Positions 8,354-16,438 of a stretch of DNA of 64,000 nt are shown piece by piece (position 1 is the first letter of the stretch; every line of letters begins with the position of its first letter). The stretch spans positions 1 to 64,000 of the IMG/VR virus record IMGVR_UViG_3300003323_000334. The stretch is one strand, 5' to 3'. The notes beneath the pieces were generated by a model. It worked only from the letters and a program-made list of their open reading frames with translations. It had not been told where the DNA came from and did not search any database. The DNA comes from a virus. The position numbers were made by a program, and so were the translations under genes.

Positions 8354-9883
8354 TTACTTAGGTTTAGCACGTCCGAGTCCATTTCGCTTACCGGCCGATC
8401 CCGTCGAGCGGTCCGGCGACGTTCCTGTCGTGTTCGGCGTCTTACCTGCCAGAGGATCGGAGAGTTTTCCGAGCTCCTTGACTATCTTATCTTCACCCCC
8501 ACAGGCATCTATGATTGCTTGCGATTCTTCCCGGCTAAAGCCGAGAACGAGGGTGAAATAGTGCATCGGCCGGATCGTATAAGACGCGCCACTGGTGACG
8601 TATTGGAGAACCGCCTGAGTGCGCTTCAAGGCGACATCGGCCTTGTCCTTGTCGTTCAGCGCGTTCAGGTCACGCCAAGCCGTGAACAGCGTCTTAGTCT
8701 TAGGCATCACACCAAGAGCTTGAAGTCTCCTGATGAGCGGGTGAATGTGTCGCTGGTTCAGAAACTTAGACTGCCTCCCACGAAGGCGTCGATTCCAATC
8801 CTCGCTGTTGTTTTCACCCGCCAAATGCCCGGTCTGATTCCCGAGTAACACAGGAACCGGACACCTTAGAGTCGCAGCTATGTATTGGTAGTGCTGCATT
8901 AAGTGGTTGGTCGGATCGGCGATTTGCGGCGCCATGCTCTTCGCCGTCATACCGATCAACCGAACATATCGCTGTAACCCTTGAGCGTAAGCCTCGATTT
9001 CGGCCTGAACTGACGCTTTGTCGAAGTCTGCGTTTTCCGTCAGTTCCGGGTACGTTTCGAAACTGATGCCAGGCCACGCTCCTTTATACCAGATTTCACC
9101 GTCCGATGCCAAAATTTTCCGGATGTCGTAAACGCGCTTGTGCAGGTTTCGCAACCTAGGCTGACCTAACCATAGGTTGCCTTTGCAGTTGTCGGCCAAG
9201 TGATGGATTCTTGACCAGTGTACCCGTAACTCTTCGGCCGCAGCAGGAATGACCTGAACGCTCTCGTTCAAGGATGCTGTGTCCCACTGTTTGATTCGGT
9301 AGTAAAGCGGTTGCTGATACCTACGACTGCTAGGATCAGGATTCAAACTGTCGATGCTGACCGCCGACTGATCATAAGGCATCAGATATATGACCTGCCG
9401 ATCTTTAACGTTGTCGGTTGGCATCCCGTTTTCGTCGATGCCGTCAGCAGGTCGCTCTAAATCCTGTCCGTCATCAAGTCCAATTATCATCGCGCCGAAC
9501 TGACCGATGCCGCAGATTTCGTCCAACTGGTGCATCCAGTACCAGAGATTTTGATCCTCTACGAACTGGTCGAAAAAGCGTTCGAACGCGGTTCTCCTGT
9601 TATCTTCGGTTTCGTACACCTCAGGATCAACAGTCCAGCATTCGTCTGGAAGAACACCTACGATTCTGGTTGCGATCCCTTCCGTGTTGAACATTTGCCG
9701 GTACTGCAAAGCGGTTGGTTCGCCTTGGATGTATCCGCACTCACTGTCCAACTTAGTCCATCGCGTCGAATCGATAGACGCTAACGCGGTCCGACTCATC
9801 AACAGGTTTGCAGTTACTTCCGAAAGTCGGTTCTGCAACCGGTTAATGATCATCTGGGTGTGATTCTTCGGCGGCGCTTTCAT
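8354..9883 (-). CDS. portal protein (DUF1073-type)
   Basis: 509 aa. The central segment LRVHWSRIHHLADNCKGNLWLGQPRLRNLHKRVYDIRKI resembles the DUF1073 portal signature. Size and position upstream of the protease/capsid genes fit. GAGGT RBS present. Confidence 0.8.
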   Translation of the reverse strand: MKAPPKNHTQMIINRLQNRLSEVTANLLMSRTALASIDSTRWTKLDSECGYIQGEPTALQYRQMFNTEGIATRIVGVLPDECWTVDPEVYETEDNRRTAFERFFDQFVEDQNLWYWMHQLDEICGIGQFGAMIIGLDDGQDLERPADGIDENGMPTDNVKDRQVIYLMPYDQSAVSIDSLNPDPSSRRYQQPLYYRIKQWDTASLNESVQVIPAAAEELRVHWSRIHHLADNCKGNLWLGQPRLRNLHKRVYDIRKILASDGEIWYKGAWPGISFETYPELTENADFDKASVQAEIEAYAQGLQRYVRLIGMTAKSMAPQIADPTNHLMQHYQYIAATLRCPVPVLLGNQTGHLAGENNSEDWNRRLRGRQSKFLNQRHIHPLIRRLQALGVMPKTKTLFTAWRDLNALNDKDKADVALKRTQAVLQYVTSGASYTIRPMHYFTLVLGFSREESQAIIDACGGEDKIVKELGKLSDPLAGKTPNTTGTSPDRSTGSAGKRNGLGRAKPK

Positions 9884-9891
9884 AACGACCT

Positions 9892-10212
9892 CTATGAATC
9901 GTAAGACCCGACGCCTTCGATGCGGGCCCTTCTGGTCTTCCCTCCGGGAGTCTCAGCGACCAGATTGATGTAAACGTACTGGTTTTCTTCTATCAGTCCG
10001 GTTACCGAATCGCCAACTAGACCTTCGTAATTCCCACCGCTACCGGTGTAGTTGAGAGTCCCGGAACCTAATGTTACCGGAGCAGTTTTCGGGTACTTAG
10101 TGGTAATCGTGAACGAACACACTGCGTCGGACACAACGGCGCCAGTCCGATCTTTGACATTTCTGAAGTACAGGTTGATGTCCGACCCTATCGGGATCTT
10201 TTTAGTTGCCAT
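9892..10212 (-). CDS. small beta-sandwich-like virion protein (hypothetical)
   Basis: ATG 10212 (MATKKIPIGSD) has a GAGGTG RBS. The track start at 10224 is GTG. The sequence is beta-strand-rich, and the gene lies directly upstream of the portal gene. Confidence 0.45.
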   Translation of the reverse strand: MATKKIPIGSDINLYFRNVKDRTGAVVSDAVCSFTITTKYPKTAPVTLGSGTLNYTGSGGNYEGLVGDSVTGLIEENQYVYINLVAETPGGKTRRARIEGVGSYDS

Positions 10213-10220
10213 TGAGCACC

Positions 10221-11015
10221 TCACGCCGACTCGAACCCAAATAGTCCTGTTATTTCTGGTTCGAAATCGAAAATACCGTAAAGAACTCCTCCAAATTCTT
10301 CAACGTGAACGACTACCGCTTTTACCGTTCCTAGTCCGATAATAGGAGCCACTCCTACAATATTGTCCAACACTGCTACAGGTTGAACTATAGAGGAGTT
10401 ACTAATTAAAGGAGAAATAACGGCTTCAATTGTGACCGAAACAATTAAAGTAGGACTTGTTCCTGTTCCGACAATAGGACTCAAACTGACCGATACATCG
10501 GAGTAAAGAACAGGTTCTATAACGGATTCGATCGCCACTACAGGTCCGATCTGTGCGACGTTGGCCCACACAACGCTCGGACCAACTGCCGAGCTGACCG
10601 AAGTCACAGAGTTCAGATCCACCAAAATGACGATAGCTACAGTCGGAGACGCTATAGCTCCTTGTGCGATAACGCTCGCCGTAGCTATCGTAACTGTTTG
10701 GGTGACAGTTGTCGCTGTTGGGGCGTTAGAAGCGACTACGGCGAGCAATGCAACGACGTTAGCTACGGTTGTCACAGGAGACACGACACTGCTTGTTTCG
10801 ACTACAGGGGTCGCATCTATCTGGTTTACCACGCTGACTACCGGACTTATCGAAGTCGTCGTTTCTACCACAGGACTCAAAACAACAGTGTTATCTATGG
10901 ATACTATAGATCCGGACGGTGTAACAGCCGATCCAATTACCGGAGAGGCTCCAATAACTATCGCACCGCCTCCGGCAGTCTTTCTGTAAAACCACCAGAG
11001 TGCTGCGGTACTCAT
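10221..11015 (-). CDS. extremely Val/Ser/Thr/Ile/Ala/Pro-rich low-complexity protein (hypothetical structural)
   Basis: 264 aa. The start overlaps the upstream stop as TAATG. It contains repeated SPVV/TPVV-type decapeptides and almost no charged residues across ~230 aa. Confidence 0.45.
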   Translation of the reverse strand: MSTAALWWFYRKTAGGGAIVIGASPVIGSAVTPSGSIVSIDNTVVLSPVVETTTSISPVVSVVNQIDATPVVETSSVVSPVTTVANVVALLAVVASNAPTATTVTQTVTIATASVIAQGAIASPTVAIVILVDLNSVTSVSSAVGPSVVWANVAQIGPVVAIESVIEPVLYSDVSVSLSPIVGTGTSPTLIVSVTIEAVISPLISNSSIVQPVAVLDNIVGVAPIIGLGTVKAVVVHVEEFGGVLYGIFDFEPEITGLFGFESA

Positions 11016-11566
11016 TATTCACTCCGGCCTAGAATGATGAACGGATCGCTGTTCGCAGGAGCGCTGCTAAAAGCCGTCGCTACAGTGATCGCACCGGTGC
11101 TGGTGTTGTACGCGCTGATCTTGCGTGACTGACCCTGGAGCGCCCCGTCGGTGAATAATAGGAATGAGTCCTTAAAAAAGTCTGTGCCCTTCCCGGTGAT
11201 CGTGGTGACGAAACTAGTAGCAATAGCTCCTGCATCGTTAACTGATCCTGTAAAGCCGAGACTAGATGGTTGAATATTAACTATCAGGTCTACCCATTCT
11301 GATCCGGCAGCATCTGATAAAACAACGGTAACGTTGTCTGCATCCATCTCAGCCGCGCTCAGATCCACCTGCACCATCTTGGACGATGCCGGGGTAACGG
11401 TCGGAAGCGTAGCCAGGTTCGCTAACGCGCCTCCGTCCTTACTGACCTTCGCGTCACCGGCCGCGATCGACGGGTTCACCTGCGCGCCCGTCGGGTCGGC
11501 TTGCGACGTCAATCCGACGAAGAAACGGAACGCCTGACCTCGGATGCACGGGTTATAGTTTGGCAT
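11015..11566 (-). CDS. hypothetical virion protein
   Basis: ATG 11566 (MPNYNPCIRGQAFRFFVGL) overlaps the upstream stop as TGATG. The longer track ORF (to 11692) would overlap the upstream gene by 127 nt. Confidence 0.5.
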   Translation of the reverse strand: MPNYNPCIRGQAFRFFVGLTSQADPTGAQVNPSIAAGDAKVSKDGGALANLATLPTVTPASSKMVQVDLSAAEMDADNVTVVLSDAAGSEWVDLIVNIQPSSLGFTGSVNDAGAIATSFVTTITGKGTDFFKDSFLLFTDGALQGQSRKISAYNTSTGAITVATAFSSAPANSDPFIILGRSE

Positions 11567-12693
11567 CAGAATATTCCCCCGCCAATGAAACGATTGCGTG
11601 AGCCTGGGCCGACCGCATTCGCAAACGGGTCCGCCGAGTCCAGAATCACCGCGAACGGATAAAACGTCTGACCTAGCGTCCCTTGAGTCCAACCAGACCC
11701 ATCGAAGTAAGTCGTGTTAGGCGTGCCCTGGAACGGCAACAAGGCAATGCTGTTAGCGGTGGCGTTATAGTCGCACTGGAGCAGATTGTATCGAGCTGTA
11801 CTAGCATCCGCGTTGCTCTCCTCGCCGCCGGTGACGCGAACGGTCGTGTTCGGTGGAATAATTACTGAGGACGAAAAGAATCCGGACACCATACCGCTAA
11901 CTCCGGATCCGGCTCCGGGAATCGAAGCGTATCCCAGATTGATTGGCGTGCTTCCGGTCCAAAGACCGACGCGAAACAACCCCGATGGAGTTCCCGTTCG
12001 ACCGTTCAGATAAATTCCGACTCCAGATACGCGTAGAGCGGTGTGAGGTGGCGACGTGAACACCATCCCGGCCTCACGGGCGCCGTAGATGCCGACGCCG
12101 ACCCCGGCGGCGGCGACGTTGTTCACCGGGAACCCGTCATAGGTCCCGTCCGAATACGCGACCCGAATCCCGACGCGCCCGGTGTTGACGGACCAGTTGC
12201 TGCCGCTGTTAGAGGAACTTCCAGCAGCCCACGCACCGGCGAACAGTCCTGTTCCCCCTTGAAGTCCCGTGACGAGTCCGCTTACGTATCGGAACTGCAC
12301 GTTGATCGACGCCGGCGTAGCATTCAAGTTCCGGAACACGATCCAATACAACGTGTTTGCCGTAAGTGCCGTCGTAAATCCGTTAAAATCATAGTATCCC
12401 GGTGCCGAAATTGTTGCAGTCGGAAGCTTACCGGTCTCGATCTGACTCAACGAGTACGGCTGACCATTCCCCGCGTTGGCCGCCCACAAGTCGGCAACTA
12501 TGTCTCCAGAGGCAGGCGCGCCGTTCACCGTCGATACGTAGACCCGAACGGCGTTAAGGGTCTTGTTCCCGGACGGGGAAAAGCTGAATGCCGCATAAGT
12601 TGCGGCAGCATTAGTTCCCATAGCTGTGGCGGTAGGAACCTGTGCAGAGCTGCACAGAATCCCCATTGCGTTGCTCATCAGGTTGGTGGCCAT
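11566..12693 (-). CDS. fibre/receptor-binding-like protein with two tandem beta-sandwich (DUF4082-like) domains
   Basis: 375 aa. An internal duplication is visible: FSFSPSGNKTLNAVRVYVSTVNGAPASGDIVADLWAAN versus VFTSPPHTALRVSGVGIYLNGRTGTPSGLFRVGLWTGS. AGAGGG RBS present. Confidence 0.5.
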   Translation of the reverse strand: MATNLMSNAMGILCSSAQVPTATAMGTNAAATYAAFSFSPSGNKTLNAVRVYVSTVNGAPASGDIVADLWAANAGNGQPYSLSQIETGKLPTATISAPGYYDFNGFTTALTANTLYWIVFRNLNATPASINVQFRYVSGLVTGLQGGTGLFAGAWAAGSSSNSGSNWSVNTGRVGIRVAYSDGTYDGFPVNNVAAAGVGVGIYGAREAGMVFTSPPHTALRVSGVGIYLNGRTGTPSGLFRVGLWTGSTPINLGYASIPGAGSGVSGMVSGFFSSSVIIPPNTTVRVTGGEESNADASTARYNLLQCDYNATANSIALLPFQGTPNTTYFDGSGWTQGTLGQTFYPFAVILDSADPFANAVGPGSRNRFIGGGIF

Positions 12694-12733
12694 AACACCC
12701 TCTTTAAATCCCGTTCAACCGAAACAACCTGAT

Positions 12734-13357
12734 TTAGAACCGGAACTCATAATCTGGAATAGCCTGAATCGCAGTTTTTCCTTCATTGAATCCGTTGATC
12801 GCCGGAGTTGTCAAATCGGTGTAACCTTCCATCCACATCCACGACCGCACATTCATAAGCACCAGATCGAGACTCCGATTGTCATCCATCAAATCAGCCG
12901 GCCACACTGTCGCGGTCGTTGTCGGACTGGTTTGCGACGACGACGTGCCAAATCCTAGTTCGTAGGATTGATCCTGGTTTAATTCTATACTGGTCAGGTA
13001 ATATCGACCCGTGTTGACGATAATCCCCTTCTCGTTGATCAACTGCCTAAACTCTTCGCTCCATAGTGCTTGTCCGGTGTACCCGCCGATCAGCGCTTTA
13101 AGCCTGATGTTCCCGATGATCTGTTCGGGCTCGTCGGTCGTCCGATCGAACAGGTAAGATATCGGCTTGGTGTAGGTATTCCCGCCGATGTTGATGTTAC
13201 ACGTCGTCGGCGGTTCGTTATTTTCGCCGGGAATCGGAACGATAGTGACACCACTGATGCGATCGGGCACGACGACTCTCCTGGATTTTCTGGGGTACAC
13301 AAAATGCACCGGCTGACGAACCGGTTTTCTGAACAAGTGCAGCACCGCAGCGATCAT
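12734..13357 (-). CDS. hypothetical virion protein
   Basis: 207 aa ATG ORF in the same-strand block. I recognise no motif. Confidence 0.4.
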   Translation of the reverse strand: MIAAVLHLFRKPVRQPVHFVYPRKSRRVVVPDRISGVTIVPIPGENNEPPTTCNINIGGNTYTKPISYLFDRTTDEPEQIIGNIRLKALIGGYTGQALWSEEFRQLINEKGIIVNTGRYYLTSIELNQDQSYELGFGTSSSQTSPTTTATVWPADLMDDNRSLDLVLMNVRSWMWMEGYTDLTTPAINGFNEGKTAIQAIPDYEFRF

Positions 13358-13367
13358 GCCACACCAA

Positions 13368-13640
13368 TTAACGGAGCAAGTACGAGGTGACTATGACAGC
13401 GACAAGAGCCGTGAGTAGCAAAAAGTTGATGGCGTTTCCGGTATTCCGGTACTCGGATACAAGGCGCCTAGCTTCCGGTCCGTATTCGCCCTTCCACTGT
13501 TTGCTGAGAACGTAAGCCTTCTGTTGATCCGTCTGAAACTCACCCGGCCGTTCACTCAGCCACATCATGAACCAGCCGATCAGTGCCAGCGCGCAAAGCC
13601 CCAGAATGGCGTACAGTTGCAGTATGGTAATGTCAGTCAT
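13368..13640 (-). CDS. small two-TM membrane protein (holin-like topology)
   Basis: 90 aa with two hydrophobic segments (ILQLYAILGLCALALIGWFMMWL and AINFLLLTALVAVIVTSYLL) flanking a charged loop. Confidence 0.5.
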   Translation of the reverse strand: MTDITILQLYAILGLCALALIGWFMMWLSERPGEFQTDQQKAYVLSKQWKGEYGPEARRLVSEYRNTGNAINFLLLTALVAVIVTSYLLR

Positions 13641-13983
13641 CGGTTTTGTCCTTTTTCCCGAGTTTGCCTCGGGTCATGAACTTGGCGACCCGCCCTTCGA
13701 CCGTTTTCTCGGTCATCCATTCGTTGCCGGGCGCCTCTTGCGCTTTGACCGCTTTACCTTTAACGGCGGTCAATTTGATCCCGCCTTCTTTCGGGCCGTT
13801 GAGTACGGCGTTAATGGTCCGTTGGAGTCCTTCCGGTGAGGTCGAGTAGTACGCGGACTCTTGCCCGTTGATCCTGAACGACCACATTCCGTCTTGTCGC
13901 TGGAACGTTTCGACGGTGAATCCCGTTCCTTCCTTCGGGTCACCGGGAGCTGGTTCGTCCTTCTTTCCCTTAGCCATTAGCAT
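13633..13983 (-). CDS. hypothetical protein (Lys-rich ends)
   Basis: 116 aa with a GGAGG RBS. It overlaps the next gene by 8 nt. Confidence 0.45.
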   Translation of the reverse strand: MLMAKGKKDEPAPGDPKEGTGFTVETFQRQDGMWSFRINGQESAYYSTSPEGLQRTINAVLNGPKEGGIKLTAVKGKAVKAQEAPGNEWMTEKTVEGRVAKFMTRGKLGKKDKTDD

Positions 13984-13992
13984 TTCCTCCGG

Positions 13993-14454
13993 TTACGCGG
14001 ACGTCAGTTGAATGAGGCCCTCGGCGTCGATCTGCACGCTGAACGTGCCGCCGCCCAGTGCCGCTCCACCGGTAAGCCCGGTCGCCGTGTCGATGTGCAG
14101 CACTAACGGGTCGTCGTTCGGTGTGGAATCGTTCCCACCAGTCTGCACGTACACGATCAGCGATTTGACAGTTTGCCCGGATTCGAGCGCCCCGAACGAT
14201 ATGTCGGCACAGTCCAGTTCAACCCGGTCGTTGGCGTCGTCGATGTTGACCGCGGCGCTCCCGAGCGTCTGCCTGGCGTAACTGGCCACACTGACCTCGA
14301 CCAAACCTGTAAGGTCTCCGACGAAATCATGGTCTTTGTTCGGACTGTACGTACTGGTGGAACGCTCCAACAACATCCGGATGACCGCACTCGCCCAGTT
14401 CAAGTTGCCGGAAGCCATCCGTTCAAAAAACTTGGTGTACAAGAAGTTAGCCAT
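13993..14454 (-). CDS. hypothetical conserved-looking virion protein
   Basis: 153 aa. The pattern NLNWASAVIRMLL...YSPNKDHDFVGDL...YARQTLGSAAVNIDDANDRVELDCADISF recalls a widespread phage structural family whose name I cannot place. Confidence 0.45.
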   Translation of the reverse strand: MANFLYTKFFERMASGNLNWASAVIRMLLERSTSTYSPNKDHDFVGDLTGLVEVSVASYARQTLGSAAVNIDDANDRVELDCADISFGALESGQTVKSLIVYVQTGGNDSTPNDDPLVLHIDTATGLTGGAALGGGTFSVQIDAEGLIQLTSA

Positions 14455-14481
14455 TGGTGTTGTCCGGAGTGTTTGTTTGGT

Positions 14482-14682
14482 GTGCTAACCGAGGCCGGGC
14501 CTTCGAGAATCTCCCCCTCCCGAATGATGAACTCGGCCCTCCTTGTGAGAAGTGGCCTGTCGTTCACTTCAGCCCGGCCTCGGCGGGGTGCTAACCGGAG
14601 TTCGGTCGAAAGGTTCGCCATTCCTTAGAGGACGCCCCTTGAGGTGCTGCCGCTCATCGTCCTCGTCCCGACCGAACTCCGG
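14482..14682 (-). promoter_or_regulatory. two tandem long-range stem structures in a 238-nt intergenic spacer
   Basis: There is a perfect 12-bp stem (14489-14500 with 14572-14583) and a perfect 14-bp stem (14595-14608 with 14669-14682). The second also has an inner 7-bp stem (14628-14634 with 14658-14664). GTGCTAACC precedes each unit on the plus strand (14482, 14588). Confidence 0.45.
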
Positions 14683-14692
14683 CGTGTATTAG

Positions 14693-15088
14693 TTACGCGA
14701 ACGCAATCGCTCCTGTTACCACCAGTCCACCGTCTGGCCTTCTGAACACCAGGTAAATTGTCCTTACAGCCGTGTCCGTGATAACCAGGTCCATTACACC
14801 TGCAGCGTTGGTCACAATCCTGCCTACCTGACCGGACGTCTGACTGATGAACACTCCGTTAGTACCGGCCGCAAAGTTAGAACTGGTCGCCGTCCCAACT
14901 GCCAACGTAGTCAGGTTCGTGGTCAGGTAAAAATCGGCACTGATCCGCTCTTTCACCGCTTTACCTTCTAAATCATTGAACGTCAAGGTCGCCGTTCTCG
15001 CGTTCGTCGCCTCTGCCGTGAGCGACATGCTGATGCTGTCCCACAACGCATCCCGGTACGGATTCCTATATTTCGGTACGCGACGCAT
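14693..15088 (-). CDS. small beta-sandwich (Ig-like) virion protein, first gene of the late block
   Basis: ATG 15088 (MRRVPKYRNPY) has an AAGGAG RBS 8 nt upstream. The track start at 15097 is GTG. The sequence is Thr/Ala/Val-rich and beta-type. Confidence 0.5.
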   Translation of the reverse strand: MRRVPKYRNPYRDALWDSISMSLTAEATNARTATLTFNDLEGKAVKERISADFYLTTNLTTLAVGTATSSNFAAGTNGVFISQTSGQVGRIVTNAAGVMDLVITDTAVRTIYLVFRRPDGGLVVTGAIAFA

Positions 15089-15153
15089 CTTACACACTCC
15101 TTTTCAGAGTTAAGGGTCATTCGCGATCAAGGGTGGTTTCGTGTTTGGTGTTT

Positions 15154-15182
15154 ATTCTGGGTTACCGGTTGTGTCCTGTCAA
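15154..15182 (-). promoter_or_regulatory. possible sigma70-like late promoter
   Basis: On the minus strand the sequence reads TTGACA (15182-15177), a 17-nt spacer, then CAGAAT (15159-15154), about 65 nt upstream of ATG 15088. The -10 element is weak. Confidence 0.25.
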
Positions 15183-15188
15183 CCGAAG

Positions 15189-15211
15189 TTGAACACCCTT
15201 TGGGTGTTCAA
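15189..15211. repeat. perfect 10-bp inverted repeat TTGAACACCC-TTT-GGGTGTTCAA
   Basis: Read directly from the sequence. It sits immediately upstream (minus sense) of the candidate late promoter. Confidence 0.7.
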
Positions 15212-15369
15212 ACGCCGGAAAACCAGCTAAAATCTGGCGGTTTTATCACTCCTTAAAATTTCCAAAAAATTTTTATTTTTGGCCGTTTTTAAGCACTTTT
15301 TGGAGCATTCCGGAAGTTTTTGGGACTATAGTTGCTCCGGTAAATGTTATGGGCGATTTATTTAGATTA

Positions 15370-15445
15370 GGAAAATTTTTGGAGGCAAATGAGCTAGAGG
15401 AAATTCATTTAAGGGAAATTTTTTGGAGGTAAATAACTTAGAGGA
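15370..15445. repeat. two ~32-nt imperfect direct repeats (AAATTTTTGGAGG-AAAT-N-CTTAGAGGA type) in an AT-rich tract
   Basis: 15370-15401 reads ggaaaatttttggaggcaaatgagctagagga. 15413-15445 reads gggaaattttttggaggtaaataacttagagga. Confidence 0.7.
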
Positions 15446-15505
15446 GCTAACCCCGGTGCAGAAAAGGTCGTAAATCCGTCAGATGACCGGTACCCAAATT
15501 GGACC

Positions 15506-15664
15506 TGTAGATCTAGATGTCTGGTTTGACCCGAGCCTGCTCCTAAACCCGATATGTAGATCGATTTGTCTAGTACCGGAACATTCTAGATATGTAGATA
15601 CAGATGTCGGGTTTACCGAACCACTCCATTAAACCCGATATGTCGATACAGATGTCTGGTTTGA
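15506..15664. repeat. iteron cluster: 3 direct copies of AGATGTC(T/G)GGTTT plus 2 inverted partners AAACCCGATATGT
   Basis: Direct copies lie at 15514-15529, 15601-15616 and 15649-15664. Inverted partners lie at 15545-15557 and 15631-15643. ATGTAGAT recurs at 15554 and 15592. Confidence 0.7.
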
Positions 15665-15734
15665 GTGCAAGCCGTGCGCCAAGGTGCAGACCAAAATGTA
15701 CTAGAAATTTCTTTTATTTTTTCGTGACATCGAG

Positions 15735-15763
15735 TTGACATCAGCGGGGGGAGAGAGTATATT
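15735..15763 (+). promoter_or_regulatory. sigma70-type promoter for the GC-rich island
   Basis: TTGACA (15735-15740), a 17-nt spacer, then TATATT (15758-15763), about 85 nt upstream of ATG 15846. Confidence 0.55.
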
Positions 15764-15845
15764 TACATCATGACAACTGAGTGACGCGACAACGCAACAC
15801 ACTGTTGCACTCGCGATCACAAGTGTCATGTAGAGAGTACGCAAG

Positions 15846-16340
15846 ATGTCGAAGACCAAGAAGAACGTCGCTGTCGTCGCGAGCACGAGCGAGAGCAAGA
15901 AGAACGTCAAGGCGCCGGCGCCCGTCGTCGCACAAGCGCCCGTCGAGAGCGAAGTCGTCGCGAAGACGACGAAAGAGAAGCGTGCCGAGCATCACACGAA
16001 AGCCGTCAACACGGGCGCCCTCATTACTAAGGGCGCCGGCGCCGATGTGCTCGGGGGCGCGATCGGGCGCCGCACGCACGCGATTCACGTCGTGCTGCTC
16101 GACGCTGCTCGTGCAGGGGCGCTGCTCACGACGAAAGAGATTACAGCGCAAGCGACGAGCGTTCTCGGGGTGACCTGCAACGCTACTGCGTCGCATCTCA
16201 ACACGATGAAAGAGCGCCTGTATCTGACTCGCGAGAACGGCGCCTGGCGCCTCACTGATCTTGCACTTAAGCTGTGCGGCGCGACGTGGGCGCAAGACTT
16301 GACGCCAGCGCCTACGAAGAAGCCGAGCAAGAAAAAGTGA
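15846..16340 (+). CDS. basic winged-helix (linker-histone-like) DNA-binding protein candidate
   Basis: 164 aa. Both ends are Lys/Ala/Pro-rich (MSKTKKNVAVV..., ...TPAPTKKPSKKK). The core IGRRTHAIHVVLLDAARAGALLTTKEITAQA...ASHLNTMKERLYLTRENGAWRL is paralogous to the C-termini of 37712-38917 and 39574-40683. Codon usage is GC-rich. Confidence 0.55.
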   Translation: MSKTKKNVAVVASTSESKKNVKAPAPVVAQAPVESEVVAKTTKEKRAEHHTKAVNTGALITKGAGADVLGGAIGRRTHAIHVVLLDAARAGALLTTKEITAQATSVLGVTCNATASHLNTMKERLYLTRENGAWRLTDLALKLCGATWAQDLTPAPTKKPSKKK

Positions 16341-16362
16341 GTGACGAGTCGTTGACACGCTC

Positions 16363-16385
16363 GGGCGCCCTCACAAGGGGCGCCC
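16363..16385 (+). terminator. GC stem-loop GGGCGCCC-TCACAAG-GGGCGCCC after the 15846 gene
   Basis: An 8-bp GC stem with only TT following, so it is a weak intrinsic terminator or a protein-binding palindrome. Confidence 0.3.
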
Positions 16386-16438
16386 TTACAGCATTGAGTG
16401 ACGACACTTCGTTGTCACGAGTCTACAGAGAGCACACG

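Noticed and set aside
8102-8848. 248-aa plus-strand ORF
   Set aside because: It lies antisense to the portal gene and the upstream membrane-protein gene. It has no motif support.
10561-11132. Two plus-strand ORFs (142 and 156 aa) over the Val/Ser/Thr-rich gene
   Set aside because: Low-complexity DNA keeps several frames open. Only the minus frame is translationally coupled to both neighbours. The coding status of this region still carries some doubt.
12043-12732. 229-aa plus-strand Arg/Gly-rich ORF
   Set aside because: It lies antisense to the internally duplicated fibre-like gene. Its composition is typical of antisense frames of Gly/Ala/Thr-rich genes.
14173-14628. ORFs (151 aa plus strand, 73 aa minus strand) crossing the 14455-14692 spacer
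   Set aside because: They run through the paired stems and overlap the supported gene 13993-14454. The spacer is better explained as structured RNA.
15768-16358. 196-aa minus-strand Arg-rich ORF, plus the alternative plus frame at 15781-16173
   Set aside because: They lie antisense to or out of frame with the GC-rich gene 15846-16340. Long open frames on all strands are expected in GC-rich DNA. The chosen frame has a promoter, a leader motif and paralogy to two other genes.
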